A stretch of DNA of 64,000 nucleotides from Candidatus Heimdallarchaeum endolithica. GTDB lineage: Archaea; Asgardarchaeota; Heimdallarchaeia; Heimdallarchaeales; Heimdallarchaeaceae. Where the stretch lies: positions 2,048,001 through 2,112,000 of the forward strand of contig CP084167.1 in the NCBI GenBank assembly GCA_021513715.1. The letters are read 5' to 3'. A program made the position numbers and the translations under genes. Positions 39,387-49,743 of this stretch are shown here, piece after piece. A model generated the notes under the pieces. That model saw nothing but the letters and a program-made list of their open reading frames with translations, had not been told where the DNA came from and ran no database searches. Positions within the stretch are counted from its first letter, which is position 1. Every line of letters begins with the position of its first letter.

Positions 39387-40766
39387 ATGCTTTTTACTTT
39401 TAAAAAAAGAAAAAATAATTCATTCATGCTTTTACTGTTCGTCTTTTCTTCTCTCATGCTCTTTTCTCCTGATTTTAATCTAGTCACTTCTTCTGCTTCA
39501 AGTTCAGGTACCTTTCCTCCTCCTGATGGTATTTGGAACATTACCGAACCTACAGTTGTTGAAAACGAGTTTATTAAACTTACCAACAGAGTTGATATCA
39601 AGGACGAAGGCTCTCTTATTCTTCGTAACTGTTTTATTGTTATTGAACATGATCGAGTAGGTTCTCTCGGTATTTATGCTATAGACAATTCTTCTTTAGC
39701 GATCTATGATACTACTATCCTAACTTACACTGACAGTCCTTGGTATATTGGTGTAGATAATAATGCCCATCTTCATCTTGAGGGTTCCACTCTTATTGGA
39801 GGGTCGGATAGAACTTATTCACGCGAATTGATACGATTATACAGTTCTGATAATATCGTTATTAACAATTTTATCACTCATACTCGGGGAGCAATAGATA
39901 TCCAATACGGTTCTCACAACTTGGTTAGTGGTAACAACATTTCTCATAATAGTGCAAGCAGTATTGATATGACTGAAAGTTGTTTTAACGTTATTACTAA
40001 TAACTACATATCGTATATTAGTTCATTGGCAATTCGTAGTTCAGGACATAATAACATCATAACAAATAATACTATTACTTATACCAGGTATGAAGGAATA
40101 AGCGTAAGTGGGGATAATAACACCGTTACTGATAACGTTATTTCCGAGAGCAGAAGAAATGGCTTGGGTGTAGGTGGATCTAACAATCACCTTTCTTCTA
40201 ATATGTTGTTCAATAATAGCAACTATGGTCTATATATTTACAAATCTGCTTCTAACAACTTTATCTCTCGTAATGTTTTTTTCAAGAACAATCAAGGTAA
40301 CAACCTTTCTCAAGCTTTTGATGATGGGGTAAATAACACTTGGTTTGACCCCGTCTATTCTATTGGCAATTATTGGTCAGATACCGATGGTTCTGAACCT
40401 TACCCTATCGATGGTGCGGCTAAAGCTTTTGACCCTTTTCCTCGTGGAAGCGATTTCGACGAAGATAACCTTCTGGATTATCTTGAAGATCATGTTTATG
40501 GTACTGACCCCTGGAATCCTGATTCGGATGGAGACCTTTTACCTGACGGTTGGGAAGTTCATTATGGTTCTGACCCTTTAACTCCTGATGCTTATCTTGA
40601 TTTTGACGGCGATGGTTTGACCAACCTTGAAGAATTTTATAACCATACCAATCCTTTAGTTAAAAATCAGATGATGCTCTTAGCGATAGTTCTCTCTCCC
40701 CTATCTTTTGTTTCACTTTTCTCGCTTAAAAATCTCCTCCGTTTTTTAAAAAATAGGAGAAAATAG
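39387..40766 (+). CDS. Surface protein: right-handed beta-helix (NosD-like), Ca-binding DxDxDG repeats, C-terminal TM (copy 1)
   Basis: Signal-like N-terminus, Asn-ladder repeats, GNYWSD, DSDGDLLPDGWE, hydrophobic anchor with basic tail. Confidence 0.85.
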   Translation: MLFTFKKRKNNSFMLLLFVFSSLMLFSPDFNLVTSSASSSGTFPPPDGIWNITEPTVVENEFIKLTNRVDIKDEGSLILRNCFIVIEHDRVGSLGIYAIDNSSLAIYDTTILTYTDSPWYIGVDNNAHLHLEGSTLIGGSDRTYSRELIRLYSSDNIVINNFITHTRGAIDIQYGSHNLVSGNNISHNSASSIDMTESCFNVITNNYISYISSLAIRSSGHNNIITNNTITYTRYEGISVSGDNNTVTDNVISESRRNGLGVGGSNNHLSSNMLFNNSNYGLYIYKSASNNFISRNVFFKNNQGNNLSQAFDDGVNNTWFDPVYSIGNYWSDTDGSEPYPIDGAAKAFDPFPRGSDFDEDNLLDYLEDHVYGTDPWNPDSDGDLLPDGWEVHYGSDPLTPDAYLDFDGDGLTNLEEFYNHTNPLVKNQMMLLAIVLSPLSFVSLFSLKNLLRFLKNRRK

Positions 40767-41165
40767 TCTCTTTCTCTTATCTTCATCTTGTCTTTTTCTA
40801 TAGATTTTTATCTTATTTTTCTTCTTTGTTTCTTTCCTTTATTATGAGTTGAAATTTTCGTAATTTCTTCATGACTCTACCCAACCAGGCAACAAATCAG
40901 TGTTATCTGATTGTGAGGACTGGGTTAAGAGAATATAGATGGTTTTTCTACTCAATATTTACTATCCTGCTGTTTAGGTTACTTCCTCTTCATTCTGTAC
41001 TTTTTAGCTACTCTCTTTCTAAGTTTCCTAGGGTGTGGTTGTTTTTTATGTTTATTACTTATTTTTAGTAACTAGTCTTTTAGAGTATTATTAAGATAGT
41101 TCTAATTAGTCATAACACTTCTTAATAGATAAAATTTATAAATATTTATTGAGATTTTCGTTTTA

Positions 41166-41921
41166 ATGTACAGTAAAAAAAAGGAAAAGGATTTTCATAA
41201 GCAATTAACACAAAAGAGGAGAAGTATGAGCCTATATTCTACAGCAGTAAAACTTGCTGAATATGGGGAAGCTGAGGCTAGTATAAAGACTCCACCAAAA
41301 AGAAAAACCTCTAAGTATGTGAGTAAAAAAAACTGGTCGAGATGGAAGTCTTTTGTTTAGATTATTTGTACTGTTTTAGGATCCTCGATTCTTTATGTAA
41401 TTGCTCTTAAAAAGTATCCTACAAACAGCCTTGTTTACCTATTTATGTTCACTATTTTGGGTATTTTTACTGTGAACCTTGGAGTTGGGCTGTTGTTTAA
41501 GTATCTTTCAAGTGGTGCATATAGCATAAGTAGACTTTTTTTTGAATTTTTTTATATAATAGCAATAATCGTAGCTACTATTTCAGCATTATATTTACCA
41601 ACTGTTATTGTTCTTCTAGTAGTAGGAAAAAGTGTAGATTGGCTTAAATATCTCTTTATTATAGCCTTAATTGTTTTTCCTATTGCCTACGTAATTGGTT
41701 TATTATTTAATCATATAAAGGAGACAGGTTTGTCAGTTAGAGAATATTTCTCTTATCTTTTTAATCGTGAGAGAAAAAATGAAGAAAAAAGAAAAGCTAC
41801 AAAACAAATTAACAGGTATAATGATTTTTATAGCGGCCTTAATAGAATTCAAGAAAATTATAAGAGTAGAACTAGTAAAAAGTTAAGAGCAGAGGATTTA
41901 CTCTCCAGTTCGTCAGAATAA
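41166..41921 (+). pseudogene. Membrane protein gene interrupted by one in-frame TAG (41358-41360)
   Basis: ORFs 41166-41360 and 41445-41921 share a frame; the linker reads SFV*IICTVLGSSILYVIALKKYPTNSLVYLFM with no other stop. Confidence 0.75.
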
Positions 41922-42287
41922 CAAAGCGTTTTTTTGTTGTTAGTTACGAGAATACAGTGAATATGAGCTAACAATTATTGGTCATAATAATTAGATTATT
42001 TATTCAAATAGTAAAATATGCATATCTTCCCAGAAGAAAGAACTGAAAAAGCCTCAAAACAAAGGAAAATGGTGGCGGAGAGGAGACTTGAACTCCTGAT
42101 CACCAGAACATTTATCCAGAAATAGATTATGAGAAAAGAGTCTTGATTTAAAATCACCATAACTATCTTTTTACAAGTTTGAAAACAGTTAAAACTAAAG
42201 AAAATTACTCTTTATTTAAAATCATCAAAACTAGTGTTTAACCCCTTTTTCGCAAAAATTTATTAATAAAAAAAATGTCTATTTTTT

Positions 42288-43673
42288 ATGCTTTTTACTT
42301 TTAAAAAAAGAAAAAATAATTCGTTCGTGCTTTTACTTGTGATTTTTTCTTCTCTCTTGCTCTTTTCACCTACTTTTAGTCCTATAGTTACTTCTTCTTC
42401 CTCTTCTGGAGTCTTTCCTCCTCCTGCAGAGGGTAGATGGAACATTACCGAACCTACGGTAGTGGAAAACGAGTTTATACACCTTACCAACGACATTTCT
42501 GTTAGGGGAGAAGGCTCTCTTATTCTTCGTAATTGTTTTATTGTTGTTGAACACGACGAAATAGGTTATATAGGGATTACTGCCACAGACAATTCTTCTT
42601 TAGAGATATACGATACAACCATTCTAACTTACACCGATAGCCCGTGGACTATTGTCATATATGAAAATGCTCATCTTCACCTTGAGGATTCCACTCTTAT
42701 TGGTGGGTGGAACAGGACTTATTCTCGCGATTTAATACGTTTATACAGTTCTAACAATGTTGTTATTAACAACTTTATCACTCATACCGAGGGGGCAATA
42801 GAGATCCAATACGGTTCTCACAACTTGGTTAGTGGTAATAACATTTCTTACACTAGATGGGCAAGTGGCATTGATATGACCGACACTTGTTTTAACGTTA
42901 TTACTAACAACCACTTGTTGTATAGTGGAACACATGGAATTTATGGTTCAGGACATAATAACATTATATCAAATAACACTATTATTTATACCAAGTATGA
43001 TGGGTTAGCACTAAGTGGGGATAATAACACCGTTACCGATAACGTTATTTCCGAGAGCAAAGAAAGTGGCTTGTCCGTAAGTGGTTCTAACAATCACCTT
43101 TCTTCTAATATTTTGTTTAATAACAGCAAGTATGGAATGTATATTTACAAATCTGCTTCTAACAACTTTCTCTCGCGTAACGTTTTTTTCAAGAACAATC
43201 CGACTAATAATCTTTCTCAAGCAATTGATGATGGGGCGAATAACACCTGGTTTGACCCCGTCTATTCTATTGGTAATTATTGGTCTGATACTGATGGATC
43301 TGAACCTTACCCTATCGATGGTGCGGCTAAAGCTTTTGACCCTTTTCCTCGTGGAAGCGATTTCGACGAAGATAATCTTCTGGATTATCTTGAAGATCAT
43401 GTTTATGGTACTGACCCCTGGAACCCTGATTCGGATGGAGATCTTTTACCTGACGGTTGGGAAGTTCATTATGGTTCTGACCCTTTAACTAATGACTCTT
43501 ATCTTGACCTTGATGGTGATGGTTTAACCAATCTTGAAGAATTTTATAACCATACCAATCCCTTAATCAAAAACCAAATAATGTACTTGATAATCGTTCT
43601 CACTCCTTTATCCTTCGTTTCTATTTTCTCAGTTAAAAATCTCCTCTTTCTTTTAAAAAATAGGAAAAAATAG
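42288..43673 (+). CDS. Surface beta-helix protein (copy 2)
   Basis: Close paralog of 39387-40766. Confidence 0.85.
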   Translation: MLFTFKKRKNNSFVLLLVIFSSLLLFSPTFSPIVTSSSSSGVFPPPAEGRWNITEPTVVENEFIHLTNDISVRGEGSLILRNCFIVVEHDEIGYIGITATDNSSLEIYDTTILTYTDSPWTIVIYENAHLHLEDSTLIGGWNRTYSRDLIRLYSSNNVVINNFITHTEGAIEIQYGSHNLVSGNNISYTRWASGIDMTDTCFNVITNNHLLYSGTHGIYGSGHNNIISNNTIIYTKYDGLALSGDNNTVTDNVISESKESGLSVSGSNNHLSSNILFNNSKYGMYIYKSASNNFLSRNVFFKNNPTNNLSQAIDDGANNTWFDPVYSIGNYWSDTDGSEPYPIDGAAKAFDPFPRGSDFDEDNLLDYLEDHVYGTDPWNPDSDGDLLPDGWEVHYGSDPLTNDSYLDLDGDGLTNLEEFYNHTNPLIKNQIMYLIIVLTPLSFVSIFSVKNLLFLLKNRKK

Positions 43674-43694
43674 TAAATTTCCTTATTTCCAATT

Positions 43695-43813
43695 CTTTTG
43701 TTTTTTTTCCTTTTCGTTTTGTTTTGTTTATTTTTTGCTAGTTCAAATGAAAATAATAGTGATAATGATAATGATAGTGATAGTTTTAGAGATAGTGATA
43801 GACTTTATTTTTC
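43695..43813 (-). repeat. (CACTAT)n-containing dispersed element
   Basis: Reverse-complement homolog of 37070-37174. Confidence 0.8.
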
Positions 43814-43832
43814 TTTTCTTTTAAATTTGATA

Positions 43833-44429
43833 TTATAATTCTTTACTGTAGTTTAGCAGTGTTTGGTACATGTTTTTTTCCTTTTCTTTTTCTATGTATA
43901 TTCTCCTTTCTTTTACATTTTCTTTTATATAATCTAGTGATAATTCTACTACTCTTACTTTGTTTATTTTTTCTTTCTTTAGTTGTTCTTTCATTTTTCT
44001 TTCCAATATTTGTCTTTCTTTCTCTGTTTCTACTGGTACTTTGTTTATTATCACATCAATTGGATCGATGAATGTACTCTCTGGAAATTTTTTTATTTGT
44101 TCTATTTCTTCAGTTAGATCTTCCAAAGGGGGAATACAGACACAAACTAATTTATCTGATAGCAGTAAAACACTCATTATTTCGGTGTTCGTTATACTTG
44201 GAGAGTCTATCAACACTATTTCATATTTCTTCCGCAGATAAGCTAGTAAATTTCTTATAAAGTTTGCAAAATCTTTATGATGATAGTCTCTATCTTTGTT
44301 AATTAGATCTTCTATTGTTGCTGGAGCAGTAGGGATAATGAAATCTACTCCATAATCGTTTGTAATTATACTTTTCTTAATTATTGTATCAACCGTTTCT
44401 AGTTCAAGGTTGTTTCTATAGTTCTGCAT
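43833..44429 (-). pseudogene. MinD/ParA-like ATPase lacking the N-terminal Walker A region
   Basis: YEIVLIDSP, SDKLVCV, VIINKVP; starts ~35 bp from the tRNA-Pro 3' end with an upstream in-frame stop. Confidence 0.6.
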
Positions 44430-44464
44430 ATGAACTTAGAAAAAAACGTTAAAATCACATAAAA

Positions 44465-44541
44465 TGGTGGCGGAGAGGAGACTTGAACTCCTGATCACCT
44501 GGTCCCAAACCAGGGGCCATACCAAGCTAGACTACCCCGCC
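44465..44541 (-). tRNA. tRNA-Pro(TGG)
   Basis: GGCGGGG/CTCCGCC, CCTGG-TT TGG GA-CCAGG, CCA. Confidence 0.93.
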
Positions 44542-44709
44542 AGTGCTTTTAGTTGGCGTTTTTGCCATTTTTCTTTTTTCTTTTTTGTCAATTTTTTCTT
44601 TTTCTTGACGGATTACTGCTTCCAAATTATTAATTAAAGTTTTCGCTTTCTGATAGTTACAATTTTTCTTTTTCCCTCCCATTGCTTCTTTTCTCTTTTT
44701 TCTTTATTT

Positions 44710-46329
44710 TTATTTGAATAGTTCTACATTTTCTATCATTATTTTCATGTCTTCTATTAACCAATTATTGCATTGTAACCACATTTTTCCTTCTATAAAT
44801 GCTTTTATTACTTCTTCTGTTGTCAATTGTTTTGTCATCACACTTGGTTCATACTCTCTACTGTCTCTATCTTTTGCTCCGAATATATGGCTTATTTCAT
44901 GTTGTACCAGGCTTTCTGCCCATTCATCTATCACTGTTACTTGTATGTATCCCATTCCTGCTTCATTTAGTGCTTTTTGCAGGTAATTTGATTGAGCGAA
45001 GTGGAAAGCTGCATTTTCTCCTCCAAATATAAATCCGAAATGTTCTCCTGTTTTATTTGTGAAAGCGTTTAGCATATCGAACCCATTATTTTTTTCTGAT
45101 CTTCCTTTTTCTACTATCCACTCTTGTTTTAATCCCAACAATTTTTCTGCATCTTTTATTGCTTTTTCATGCATCTCATCTAAGCTTACTATTTTGTTTT
45201 CACTTTCTAGTTTCCACTCTACTCTTACCAGTGGTATTAGTTTTATACCCAGGTTCTTCTCGAAATATTTTGATGCTCTTTCTACTGCTATCTCTGTCTC
45301 GTTTCTTATTTCCTCTCCTTGTGCTATTTTCCAGTTATTATCTAATATTGCTATGAAAATCTTTTTTTCGTAAGCCCTTATCGACACGTTGTCAATTATT
45401 ATTTCAAAATCTTTTTTTATTTCTTCTGTTGTTGTTATTTCTATTGATATGTTTGCTTCTTCATTTTCTTTTTCTTCTTCTTCTTCTTCTTCTATTTCTC
45501 CAAAAATTATTTTTTGATGCATTTTGCTTTTTTCATCTATTTCTTGCACGTGTTTTCTTTCTTTATTGTTAATTTTCACACTTAATTTTACTTTACTCTC
45601 ATTTTCACTTACTACTTTTACATCCATTTCTAGGTAGTGTATATTTTTTAGTTTAATTTTCTGTGTCATAGTCAATATAGATGTTTGATTTGTTTCTGTC
45701 TTTTCCTCATTTTTTCTTAAGATTAGTGCTTTTCCCTCTGTATACTCATTTTCTTTAAAATTTAGTGTAAATTTTTCTTTATTGTATTCTATTATCCAAT
45801 AATCTCCTTCTTGTTCAAAATTTCCATTTTTTATTCTTTCTTCTTCTTCTCCATGTTTTATAACGAAATTTGCATTTAATCTATGCTTGATTATTTTTCT
45901 TCCAATTTTTAACTCTAGGCGTTCTATTTCATAATTTCCCACGTTTAATGCATAATATCCTTTTTCATTTTTAATTAACGGTTTTAACGATACTGTAATG
46001 TTTGTTCTTTTTGTTTTTAAATTATCTATTTCTATTTTTTCTATGTCTGCTTTGAACACTCCCTCATAAGAGTAATTTTCTGATTTTATCCCCACCAGAC
46101 AATAATCTATTTCTGAGATTTCTTCTATTTTTCTATTCATCTGGACTTTTAATGTCACATTTTCTCCTTTTATGTACTCTTTTTCAAGAAAAATCTCTTC
46201 TACTTTTACTAGTTGAATGTTTGTTACTATCAATATTGTTGCTGCTGACGCAACTATTATTATACCTATGATTTCTAGTGCGCTGATTGACTTTGAGATT
46301 TTTCTCTTCATTATATTCTTTTCTCTCAT
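44710..46329 (-). CDS. Membrane-anchored putative zinc metallopeptidase (metzincin-like)
   Basis: N-terminal TM; IKNGNFE...IDNVS (CBM-like); HEISHIFGAKD followed by SVM Met-turn. Confidence 0.7.
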   Translation of the reverse strand: MREKNIMKRKISKSISALEIIGIIIVASAATILIVTNIQLVKVEEIFLEKEYIKGENVTLKVQMNRKIEEISEIDYCLVGIKSENYSYEGVFKADIEKIEIDNLKTKRTNITVSLKPLIKNEKGYYALNVGNYEIERLELKIGRKIIKHRLNANFVIKHGEEEERIKNGNFEQEGDYWIIEYNKEKFTLNFKENEYTEGKALILRKNEEKTETNQTSILTMTQKIKLKNIHYLEMDVKVVSENESKVKLSVKINNKERKHVQEIDEKSKMHQKIIFGEIEEEEEEEKENEEANISIEITTTEEIKKDFEIIIDNVSIRAYEKKIFIAILDNNWKIAQGEEIRNETEIAVERASKYFEKNLGIKLIPLVRVEWKLESENKIVSLDEMHEKAIKDAEKLLGLKQEWIVEKGRSEKNNGFDMLNAFTNKTGEHFGFIFGGENAAFHFAQSNYLQKALNEAGMGYIQVTVIDEWAESLVQHEISHIFGAKDRDSREYEPSVMTKQLTTEEVIKAFIEGKMWLQCNNWLIEDMKIMIENVELFK

Positions 46330-46436
46330 TTCAATAATTAAAACGTTTTTAATCAGTAAAAAGTAATAAAATTCAATTTTTCAAAAAAGAACTTAAAAAG
46401 AACTAAATTATCCATTCAGTTCATTATTTTTTAATT

Positions 46437-47126
46437 CTAGTCTTTTTTCTCTTCTATTTTTTCTTTTTGTCCAATTTTTCTTTCTGTTCCTTTTATTAAC
46501 CTTGACACATTTTCCCTATGTCTCCAGATTACGAACAACAAACATATTGCTCCTACTATTGCTGCTTGCCAATTATTGTTAAAGAAAGGATCAGTTCCCG
46601 CGAACAACCATAACAATGGAGGATAGAGCATACCTGCTACTAAATTTGAAAGTGAAGTATATTTAGTTTTTTTAAGTATAACAACCCACAAACTCATTAT
46701 TATTACAAATGCTATTGGATTTATTCCTAATATTGCTCCTCCTCCCACACTTGCTGATTTCCCTCCTTTAAACTTTAACCATACTGGAAAACTATGCCCT
46801 ATTATTGTTGTAAAGACTATTAATGACAGAAATAACCCTTCATTTGTTAATTCTACTTGTCCTATTTTTCCTAGTCCTTCAAAATTTTTTGTCCATATCA
46901 ATATTCTCCCACTTAGAACGGCAATTGTTCCTTTTACCATATCACCTATCATTGTCATTATTCCTGCTTTTTTTCCGCACAGACGCATTACGTTTGCCAT
47001 TCCTATATTTCCACTACCATGTTTTCTTACATCAATATTATAACCTATTTTTCCTATTAAGAAACCTACGGGAATCGAGCCACAAATATATCCTACAAGA
47101 AGTACAAGAATCTCTAAAAGCACCAT
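46437..47126 (-). CDS. plsY: Glycerol-3-phosphate acyltransferase PlsY
   Basis: GYICGSIP, DVRKHGSGNIGMANVMR, D..KG, GHSFPVWLKFKGGK, RHRENVSRL..GTE. Confidence 0.92.
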   Translation of the reverse strand: MVLLEILVLLVGYICGSIPVGFLIGKIGYNIDVRKHGSGNIGMANVMRLCGKKAGIMTMIGDMVKGTIAVLSGRILIWTKNFEGLGKIGQVELTNEGLFLSLIVFTTIIGHSFPVWLKFKGGKSASVGGGAILGINPIAFVIIMSLWVVILKKTKYTSLSNLVAGMLYPPLLWLFAGTDPFFNNNWQAAIVGAICLLFVIWRHRENVSRLIKGTERKIGQKEKIEEKKD

Positions 47127-47222
47127 GCTTTTCCTACTTTTATGGTATTATTTAAAATTTATTTGCTTTTATAAATAAAAAACAAAAAAAGAAGAGAATT
47201 TATTTAAAATTCTTTATTTTAA

Positions 47223-49337
47223 TTAATTAAGTACTATTTTTACATCTACTGCTGAGATTCCTTTTCCTTCTTCATATGCGAAGAATGGGTTTACGTCCAT
47301 TTCTTTAATATCGTTTTTGAAATCTCTTGCAAGCAGTGATATTTTCACCATAGTGTCAACTATTGCCTTTATATCTGAAGGTTTTTCTCCTCTTACTCCT
47401 TTTAACAATGTGTATGATTTTGTTTTTCTTAACACATTTTCAGCTTCTTTGTAGCTTAGTGGAGCTAAACCGAAAGCTGCATCTTTAAGGAAGTTGGTAT
47501 ATATTCCACCCAATCCTATCATTACTAGTGGACCAAATTGAGGATCTTGTAATATCCCTGTTATTAATTCTCGTCCTAGAGGAGCCATATATTGCACTTC
47601 TATTAGGCTTTCTGCGTTTGGATAATGTTTCTTTACATTTTCCATTATTTCAGTAAAAGCTTTTTCTACTTCTTCTTCATTTTTTATACCTACTTTTACT
47701 CCTCCGATGTCACTTTTATGCATAATTCCTTCCCCTGTTATCTTCATAACTACAGGGAAACCTACTTCTTTAGCGATGTGTTTAGCTTCATCGCTTGTTT
47801 TTGCTAATTTAGCTGCAGGAGTAGTTATTCCATATGCCTTTACCACTTCTTTTGCTTCTGTGCCATATAACGTTTTTCTACCTTCAGCCCTTACTTTCTT
47901 GAATATTTCTTCTACCCTCTGTTTATCTACTTCTATTTCAGGTATAGGTTCATCTTCTGGTCTGTTTTTTATTTTAGCATATCTGGCCATAGCGGACATA
48001 GCTCCAACTCCTCTCTCTGGAAGTGTAAATGTGGGTATTTTGTGTTTCTTCAAATAATATATTGCGGGGCCTAATGATTCTCCCCCTATAAAAACTGCAA
48101 TGATAGGTTTTTCAGGATATTTTTCATGCATCTCCACAATTCTTTCTGCAGTTTCTTGTCCCTCAGTCATAGCTTGTGGCGTTAAAATAACGACTATTCC
48201 ATCTATATTTTCTTCTTTACATGCTAGCTCTATTATCCGTCCATAATCCTCTCCTTGTGCCGTTCCTAAGGCATCTATCGGATTTTTGAAACTTGATGCA
48301 GGAGGTAAAAATTCTCTTAATTTTGCCTCAAACTCGGGAGATATCTCTGCTAGTTCTAATCCTTCTCTTTCGGCAGCATCGGTTGCTAGAATTCCAGGTC
48401 CTCCAGCATTAGTAATTATTACTATTCTGTTTCCCTTTGGTATAGGCATGCAGCTGAATGAAAATGCCATATCAAATAATTCTTCAGCATTATCAGCTCT
48501 TATTACGCCACATTTTTCAAAAGCAACATCATAAGTTGTATCTGCACCAGCCATACTTCCTGTGTGTGAAGATGCTGCCTTTGCTCCAGCTTTTGATCTT
48601 CCTGATTTAATAATAAGGACAGGTTTTGTTCTCGTTACTTCAGAACAAATCTTAATGAATTCTTCTCCTCGATTTATGCTTTCCAAATAAGCTAATATTG
48701 CTTTTGTATGTTCATCTTCACCCAAAGCTTCAATAAAATCTGTTGCGTCTAGGTCTGCTTTATTACCTATACTTATAAAAGATGAGAAGCCAATCCCTTC
48801 TGCTCTACTCCAATCTAGAATACCAGTTAAAAGAGCTCCACTTTGGGATATAAATGCAATATCTCCTCTTATTGGAGTTTGTTCTGCAAAACTTGCATTT
48901 ATAGGTGCAATGGTATCTATTATACCTAAAATGTTAGGTCCTACCATTCTCATGTTGTATTTTTTCACAAGTTCAACTAGTTCCTTTTCAAGTTTTGCTC
49001 CTTCTTCTCCAACTTCTTTAAAACCAGCAGTTATTACAGCAACATATGGAACATTCTTTTCACCTAGTTCTTCAATTGTTGAAGGAATAAATCTTGCAGG
49101 AATACAAATTACTGCTAGATCAATCGTATCTTCGATATCGCTTACACGAGAATAACACTTGACACCCAAAATTTCATAATTATAACGTTCAGCTTTGGGA
49201 TTGACAGCATACAACCTTCCTTTAAAACCGCAATCAATCATATTTTTTAATGCTGCATAACCGACTTTCTTTTCATCAGAAGAAGCGCCAATAATTACCA
49301 CGCTTTCAGGCCTTAATAGTTTTTCAAGCTTAGTCAC
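47223..49337 (-). CDS. acdAB: ADP-forming acetate/acyl-CoA ligase, alpha-beta fusion
   Basis: VIIGAS, SQSGA, SHTGS, TNAGGPG, NPID, HKSDIGGV, DPQFGP, DVNP. Confidence 0.9.
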   Translation of the reverse strand: MTKLEKLLRPESVVIIGASSDEKKVGYAALKNMIDCGFKGRLYAVNPKAERYNYEILGVKCYSRVSDIEDTIDLAVICIPARFIPSTIEELGEKNVPYVAVITAGFKEVGEEGAKLEKELVELVKKYNMRMVGPNILGIIDTIAPINASFAEQTPIRGDIAFISQSGALLTGILDWSRAEGIGFSSFISIGNKADLDATDFIEALGEDEHTKAILAYLESINRGEEFIKICSEVTRTKPVLIIKSGRSKAGAKAASSHTGSMAGADTTYDVAFEKCGVIRADNAEELFDMAFSFSCMPIPKGNRIVIITNAGGPGILATDAAEREGLELAEISPEFEAKLREFLPPASSFKNPIDALGTAQGEDYGRIIELACKEENIDGIVVILTPQAMTEGQETAERIVEMHEKYPEKPIIAVFIGGESLGPAIYYLKKHKIPTFTLPERGVGAMSAMARYAKIKNRPEDEPIPEIEVDKQRVEEIFKKVRAEGRKTLYGTEAKEVVKAYGITTPAAKLAKTSDEAKHIAKEVGFPVVMKITGEGIMHKSDIGGVKVGIKNEEEVEKAFTEIMENVKKHYPNAESLIEVQYMAPLGRELITGILQDPQFGPLVMIGLGGIYTNFLKDAAFGLAPLSYKEAENVLRKTKSYTLLKGVRGEKPSDIKAIVDTMVKISLLARDFKNDIKEMDVNPFFAYEEGKGISAVDVKIVLN

Positions 49338-49402
49338 ACTGATTCACCAAAATCTAACCTTTGTCCTCAACCGATTATTAAATGATTTAAGTGTGTCGAT
49401 TG

Positions 49403-49577
49403 ATATAATTTACTTTTTACGTAAGCTTTTCGCACACGGGCTTTCAAGAGAGAAAACAAAAGGAAGTTTAATTACTTGATAAGTCAACCTAAACGTATAA
49501 TAAGAGGAGACGGTTGAGACAGACATCATACACGAATCGTGGGAATCATAAAGAAGAAAATAACTTTTTTTCTTCAC
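49403..49577 (-). repeat. Dispersed ~175-nt non-coding element, copy B
   Basis: Inverted homolog of 4916-5091. Confidence 0.85.
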
Positions 49578-49743
49578 TCCACAAGAGAAAAAAAGAAATA
49601 CAGTTCTCCAAAACAGAGGAAGAAATTCTTTTTCGTCTACTGGGGATGTAACAAAAACTTTAGAAAAAAGGTTAATATTCTGCTAAAAACTATTTTCTTT
49701 TTGAATTATCGCTAACATTTTGTGGTCTTTATAAGTTCTATTT

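Larger units (their letters stand above)
39185..44499. mobile_element. Two stacked cassettes delimited by tRNA-Pro 3'-end copies
   Basis: 39-bp exact copy at 42066-42104 of 44461-44499; degenerate copy at ~39185-39203; each followed by the same ~185-bp upstream region and a paralogous gene. Confidence 0.7.

Noticed and set aside
39387-43673. Diversity-generating retroelement TR/VR pair
   Set aside because: Differences are not adenine-specific, both copies are full genes, and there is no reverse transcriptase in the window.
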